Below are positions 60,720-64,000 of a DNA stretch of 64,000 nucleotides, in pieces. Position 1 is the first letter of the stretch, and the number at the start of each line of letters is the position of its first letter. The notes beneath the pieces were generated by a model. It saw only the letters and a program-made list of their open reading frames with translations, did no database searches and was not told where the DNA came from. The position numbers and the translations under genes were made by a program. The stretch spans positions 1,024,001-1,088,000 of the forward strand of contig CAWANH010000029.1 of NCBI GenBank assembly GCA_963783375.1. Reading direction: 5' to 3'. The DNA is from Candidatus Eiseniibacteriota bacterium. GTDB lineage: Bacteria > Eisenbacteria > RBG-16-71-46 > JABDJR01.

Positions 60720-62321
60720 ATGATCCCGAGCCGGCCGCCGGGCGGCGGCGGCGACCCCATCCGCGCCGGCCGGTGGGCAGGCTACGCCTGGCTCCTCCCG
60801 GTCTGCGCGGCGGTGTTCCTGGCCGGGCAGGCGGTCCGCCCCCTCACCGACTCCAGCGAGGGCCGCTTCGCCGAGATCGCCCGGGAAATGCTCACCTCCG
60901 GCGACTGGTTCATACCCACCCTGAACCACGTTCCCCACATCCTGAAGCCGCCGCTACTGAACTGGCTCATGGCCGGCTCCATGGCCCTCTTCGGGGTGAA
61001 CGAATGGGGAGCGCGGGCGCCGGGATTCCTGGCCTTCGTGCTCACCGTGGTGCTGGTGGCGCGCCTGGCGCGGGTGCTCGGCCGGCCCGAGGCCTCGGGG
61101 TGGGCGGCGCTGCTCTACGGGCTCTCCGCCGGCCCACTCACCGCCGCCACCTTCCCCACCACCGACACCCTGCTGGTCTGTTTCGAGACCGCCGCCGCCC
61201 TGGCCTACCTGGAGCACCGCCGGGGCGCCCGCGCGGGACGTTGGTTCTTCTTCGCGGCGGCGGGTGCGGCGTTCCTGACCAAGGGACCGCCCGCTCTCCT
61301 GGTGCCGGCCGCGGTGGTGATCGGCGACCGCCTGCTCCGGCGGCGGGGCACGGAGGGGACCCGGCGACCGCTTCTGGGCTTCGGCTGGGGCTGGGCTCTG
61401 TTCGCGGTTCTGGGGCTCGGGTGGTACGTGGCGGTGGTGATCGCGCACCCCCCGGTCCTCGACTACTGGATCCATTACGAGGTCGTGGACCGGATCTTCA
61501 CGAACCACTTCGGGCGAAACCAGTCTCCGGCGATCTACCTGGCCGGGTTCGCGGGAGGGCTTCTCCCCTGGTGGTTCCTGTTTCCGGGTTTCGTCCGGCG
61601 GCGGTGGCGCGGGTTCCCACGGGAATGGCGGGGCCGGGCGGGCGCGGTGCTCCTGGCCTGGTTCGTGTTGCCGCTCATCGTGTTCACCTTCAGCAAGTCG
61701 CGGCTCGTGCTCTACGTGCTACCCCTCTTTCCGGCGCTCATCCTGGCCCTTGCGCTCGATCACCCGAGGCGCCTACGCGAGGTCCCGGGGCGCTGGTTCG
61801 GGCTCCGCCCGGGATTCGTGCTGGGCTACGCCGCGCTCTGGGCGGTGGTGTCCTGGATCTCGGTTCCCGCCGCGGGGGGAAGCAGCTGGAAGGGCGAGGC
61901 GGCCCGGCTTCGGGCGACGCTCCCCCCCGGCCCGACCGAGCTGGTGCTCTTCCGCTGGGACCGCTTGAGCTCGATCGCGTTCTACTTGAAGTCCCCGGGG
62001 GAGATCGCGGCCCTGGGGGAACGGCGACGCGGAGAGACCTGGGACACCCTGGCCGAGGAGATGCGCGAGATGCGCGACACCCCCGAGGGCGAGGCCGCGC
62101 ACCTCTTCGTGACCCACACCGGATTCGAGGAGGAGCGGTTCCGGGCGGGGATCGAGCCGCCGGCCCAGGAGGTCGGCCGCCACGGCCGCTACACGGTCTG
62201 GTTCCAGCCGCCGCTCCGTCCCGGGAAGCCGCTCGACCTTCCGCCGGATCTGGGCGAGGCGCCGAAGGGGCCGGAATTCGTCACCTTCGAGCCACGGACG
62301 GCGATGTTCGGGTTCGAGTGA
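60720..62321 (+). CDS. ArnT/PMT-family (GT-C) membrane glycosyltransferase
   Basis: SEGRFAEIAREM..GDWFIPTLN, KPPL, FGVNEWGAR, LTKGP, SKSRLVLYVLP. Confidence 0.9.
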   Translation: MIPSRPPGGGGDPIRAGRWAGYAWLLPVCAAVFLAGQAVRPLTDSSEGRFAEIAREMLTSGDWFIPTLNHVPHILKPPLLNWLMAGSMALFGVNEWGARAPGFLAFVLTVVLVARLARVLGRPEASGWAALLYGLSAGPLTAATFPTTDTLLVCFETAAALAYLEHRRGARAGRWFFFAAAGAAFLTKGPPALLVPAAVVIGDRLLRRRGTEGTRRPLLGFGWGWALFAVLGLGWYVAVVIAHPPVLDYWIHYEVVDRIFTNHFGRNQSPAIYLAGFAGGLLPWWFLFPGFVRRRWRGFPREWRGRAGAVLLAWFVLPLIVFTFSKSRLVLYVLPLFPALILALALDHPRRLREVPGRWFGLRPGFVLGYAALWAVVSWISVPAAGGSSWKGEAARLRATLPPGPTELVLFRWDRLSSIAFYLKSPGEIAALGERRRGETWDTLAEEMREMRDTPEGEAAHLFVTHTGFEEERFRAGIEPPAQEVGRHGRYTVWFQPPLRPGKPLDLPPDLGEAPKGPEFVTFEPRTAMFGFE

Positions 62322-62469
62322 GGGCGACGCCCGAGGGTGCGAGGGCCGGTTGCCTGGTGCGTTCCGCCGCGGTTCGCCCGATCACGACGGTGGCGGGCGG
62401 TCGCTCACCGACTGGCTCGGGTTCATCGTGCGGGTTCGCGTTTTTGCACAACCAATGCGTTTGTATTCT

Positions 62470-62622
62470 GGTGGACCCGGGTACACATTGTTCACAATCA
62501 GGCGCCGGCGTGCTTCCCCGGGGAAGCAATGTTCGTGATAACGCCCCGGCGTGCTTCCCCGGGGAAGCAATGTTCGCGATAACGCCCCGGCATGCTTCCC
62601 CGGGGGAACAATGTTCACAATA
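62470..62622. repeat. 41-bp tandem repeat with palindromic core, three copies plus one degenerate
   Basis: TGCTTCCCCGGGGAAGCA at 62511 and 62552, variant at 62593; (A/T)TGTTC..(A/G)AT motif recurs every 41 bp from 62487. Confidence 0.85.
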
Positions 62623-62692
62623 AAGCTGCGCTCACGAACCTGCTTGCCGGCGGAGCTGCGACCGGAGGCCCGAACCTCGCGTTGTTGATCGG

Positions 62693-63242
62693 TGGCGGAG
62701 AGGGAGGGAGAGTCGTGGCGCCCGCTACGCTCCGCCACGACATCCCCGGTCGCCGTGCTTCCTCAGGTTCCAGCGGATGACTACCTGAGTTGTCTTCATG
62801 TGGCGGAGAGGGAGGGAGAGTCGTGGCGCCCGCTACGCTCCGCCACGACATCCCCCGACACCGTGCGAACCGGAGGAGCAGCCGACAATCAACGTTGTCA
62901 TCACATGGCGGAGAGGGAGGGAGAGTCGTGGCGCCCGCTACGGCCACGACATCCCCGGTCGCCGTGCTTCCTCAGGTTCCAGCGGATGACTACCTGAGTT
63001 GTCTTCATGTGGCGGAGAGGGAGGGAGAGTCGTGGCGCCCGCTACGCTCCGCCACGACATCCCCGGTCGCCGTGCTTCCTCAGGTTCCAGCGGATGACTA
63101 CCTGAGTTGTCTTCATGTGGCGGAGAGGGAGGGAGAGTCGTGGCGCCCGCTACGCTCCGCCACGACATCCCCGGTCGCCGTGCTTCCTCAGGTTCCAGCG
63201 GATGACTACCTGAGTTGTCTTCATGTGGCGGAGAGGGAGGGA
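62693..63242 (-). repeat. tRNA-linked tandem array: five 104-108 bp units, each ending in the last 17 nt of tRNA-Ser
   Basis: TGGCGGAGAGGGAGGGA (+ strand) at 62693, 62801, 62906, 63010, 63118 and 63226 (the tRNA itself). Confidence 0.92.
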
Positions 63243-63313
63243 TTCGAACCCTCGGAACCCGGAGGTTCAACGGTTTTCGAGACCGCCCGATTCAACCACT
63301 CTCGCACCTCTCC
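63226..63313 (-). tRNA. tRNA-Ser (anticodon CGA)
   Basis: GGAGAGGTGCGAGAGTGG...GCGGT-CTCGAAA-ACCGT, long variable arm, GGTTCGAATCC...TCCGCCA; 88 nt. Confidence 0.96.
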
Positions 63314-63373
63314 GCAAAACCTTTACATCAGGCGGGCGGAAGAGGTTAGCAGGTTTGCGTAGCGGGAACAAGA

Positions 63374-63400
63374 CGGCCGGGCCCTTCGGGAGCCCGGCCG
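63374..63400 (-). terminator. Probable intrinsic terminator after the last gene
   Basis: CGGCCGGGC...GCCCGGCCG stem followed by TCTTGTT on the minus strand. Confidence 0.5.
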
Positions 63401-63439
63401 CCCCAAACGTCCGAATGCGGGTCCAGGTGCCCCACCCCG

Positions 63440-64000
63440 TCACTCGAGCAGGATGGCCCTTCGCACGCGGGTCTCTCCTCCCGCCTGTATCTTGATCAGA
63501 TACCACCCGGCGGCGGCCCGTCCGCCGGCGTCGGTCCGGCCTGCCCAGGTCGCGGTGTGGGTCCCGGGTCCATTCACCTCGTCAACCAGGGTGCGGACGA
63601 CCCGTCCCTGGAGGTCGTGGACCGTGACCCGCACCGCCCGGGTCTCGGGGAGCGAGTAGGAGAGGCTCATGCGCCCGCTGGATGGGTTGGGGACGGCGCG
63701 CCCCGCCGTGAATCCGGCGGGGATCCCCACCGCCGCCGGAAGCACCGCCGGCCCGATCCAGCCCCGGTTGCCGGAGCGGCTGAGCTCCGCCAGCCAGTAC
63801 TCCACCATTCCCAGGGGGGCGGCGGGATCGCGGAAGTCGTACTCCGTACGCCCGGCCAGGAGGCCCACGCTGAGACCGACGCGTTCTCCGCCCGGCTCCC
63901 GACGATAGACCAGGAACCCGGCATGGTCGGTCGCTTCGGCCACCCGCCACCGGAGCAGGGCCTCCACCCCCACACGCTCCGCGGTGAAGGACGACAACCG
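63440..64000 (-). CDS. 3' part of a protein with a C-terminal FlgD Ig-like/T9SS-type domain (start outside window)
   Basis: AVPNPSSG, VHDLQGRVVRTLV, WAGRTDAGGRAAAGWYLI. Confidence 0.8.
   Translation of the reverse strand, partial: RLSSFTAERVGVEALLRWRVAEATDHAGFLVYRREPGGERVGLSVGLLAGRTEYDFRDPAAPLGMVEYWLAELSRSGNRGWIGPAVLPAAVGIPAGFTAGRAVPNPSSGRMSLSYSLPETRAVRVTVHDLQGRVVRTLVDEVNGPGTHTATWAGRTDAGGRAAAGWYLIKIQAGGETRVRRAILLE

Noticed and set aside
62470-63242. CRISPR array
   Set aside because: The intervening sequences are mostly identical or homologous to each other, the constant part (~55 bp) includes a tRNA 3' end, and no cas genes are in the window.

Overview
High-GC bacterial chromosomal window, mostly housekeeping and mostly on the minus strand. 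Three FlgD-Ig/T9SS-like C-terminal-domain proteins, an ACIII-caa3 cluster, spoVG and a large SRP RNA suggest an FCB-related lineage such as Eisenbacteria, Krumholzibacteriota or Latescibacterota (inference). Order: partial FlgD-domain gene; MshEN-bearing PilB-like pseudo-ATPase + pilT; GlmU-like transferase, amidohydrolase, HD-GYP; selA-smc-ftsY; TonB, DUF151, PPIase; rpsF-rpsR-rplI; hppA; ispE-spoVG-prs-rplY-pth; rfbA-rfbD-gmhA-UbiA; alaS; a three-gene secreted cassette (FlgD-domain protein + two phage-tail-fibre-like proteins); recA-recX; cinA/thpR; a complete alternative complex III + caa3 oxidase operon; pgpA; dnaX-ybaB-recR; SRP RNA; tRNA-Ala; ArnT-like transferase; and tRNA-Ser followed by an array of ~108-bp structured repeats that each end in the tRNA's last 17 nt (CCA included), then 41-bp palindromic repeats. 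The best novelty candidates are that array and the fibre cassette. Frameshifts at 1-1550 and in dnaX are mostly in homopolymers and look like long-read errors. All calls come from motif recognition by eye; no searches were run.
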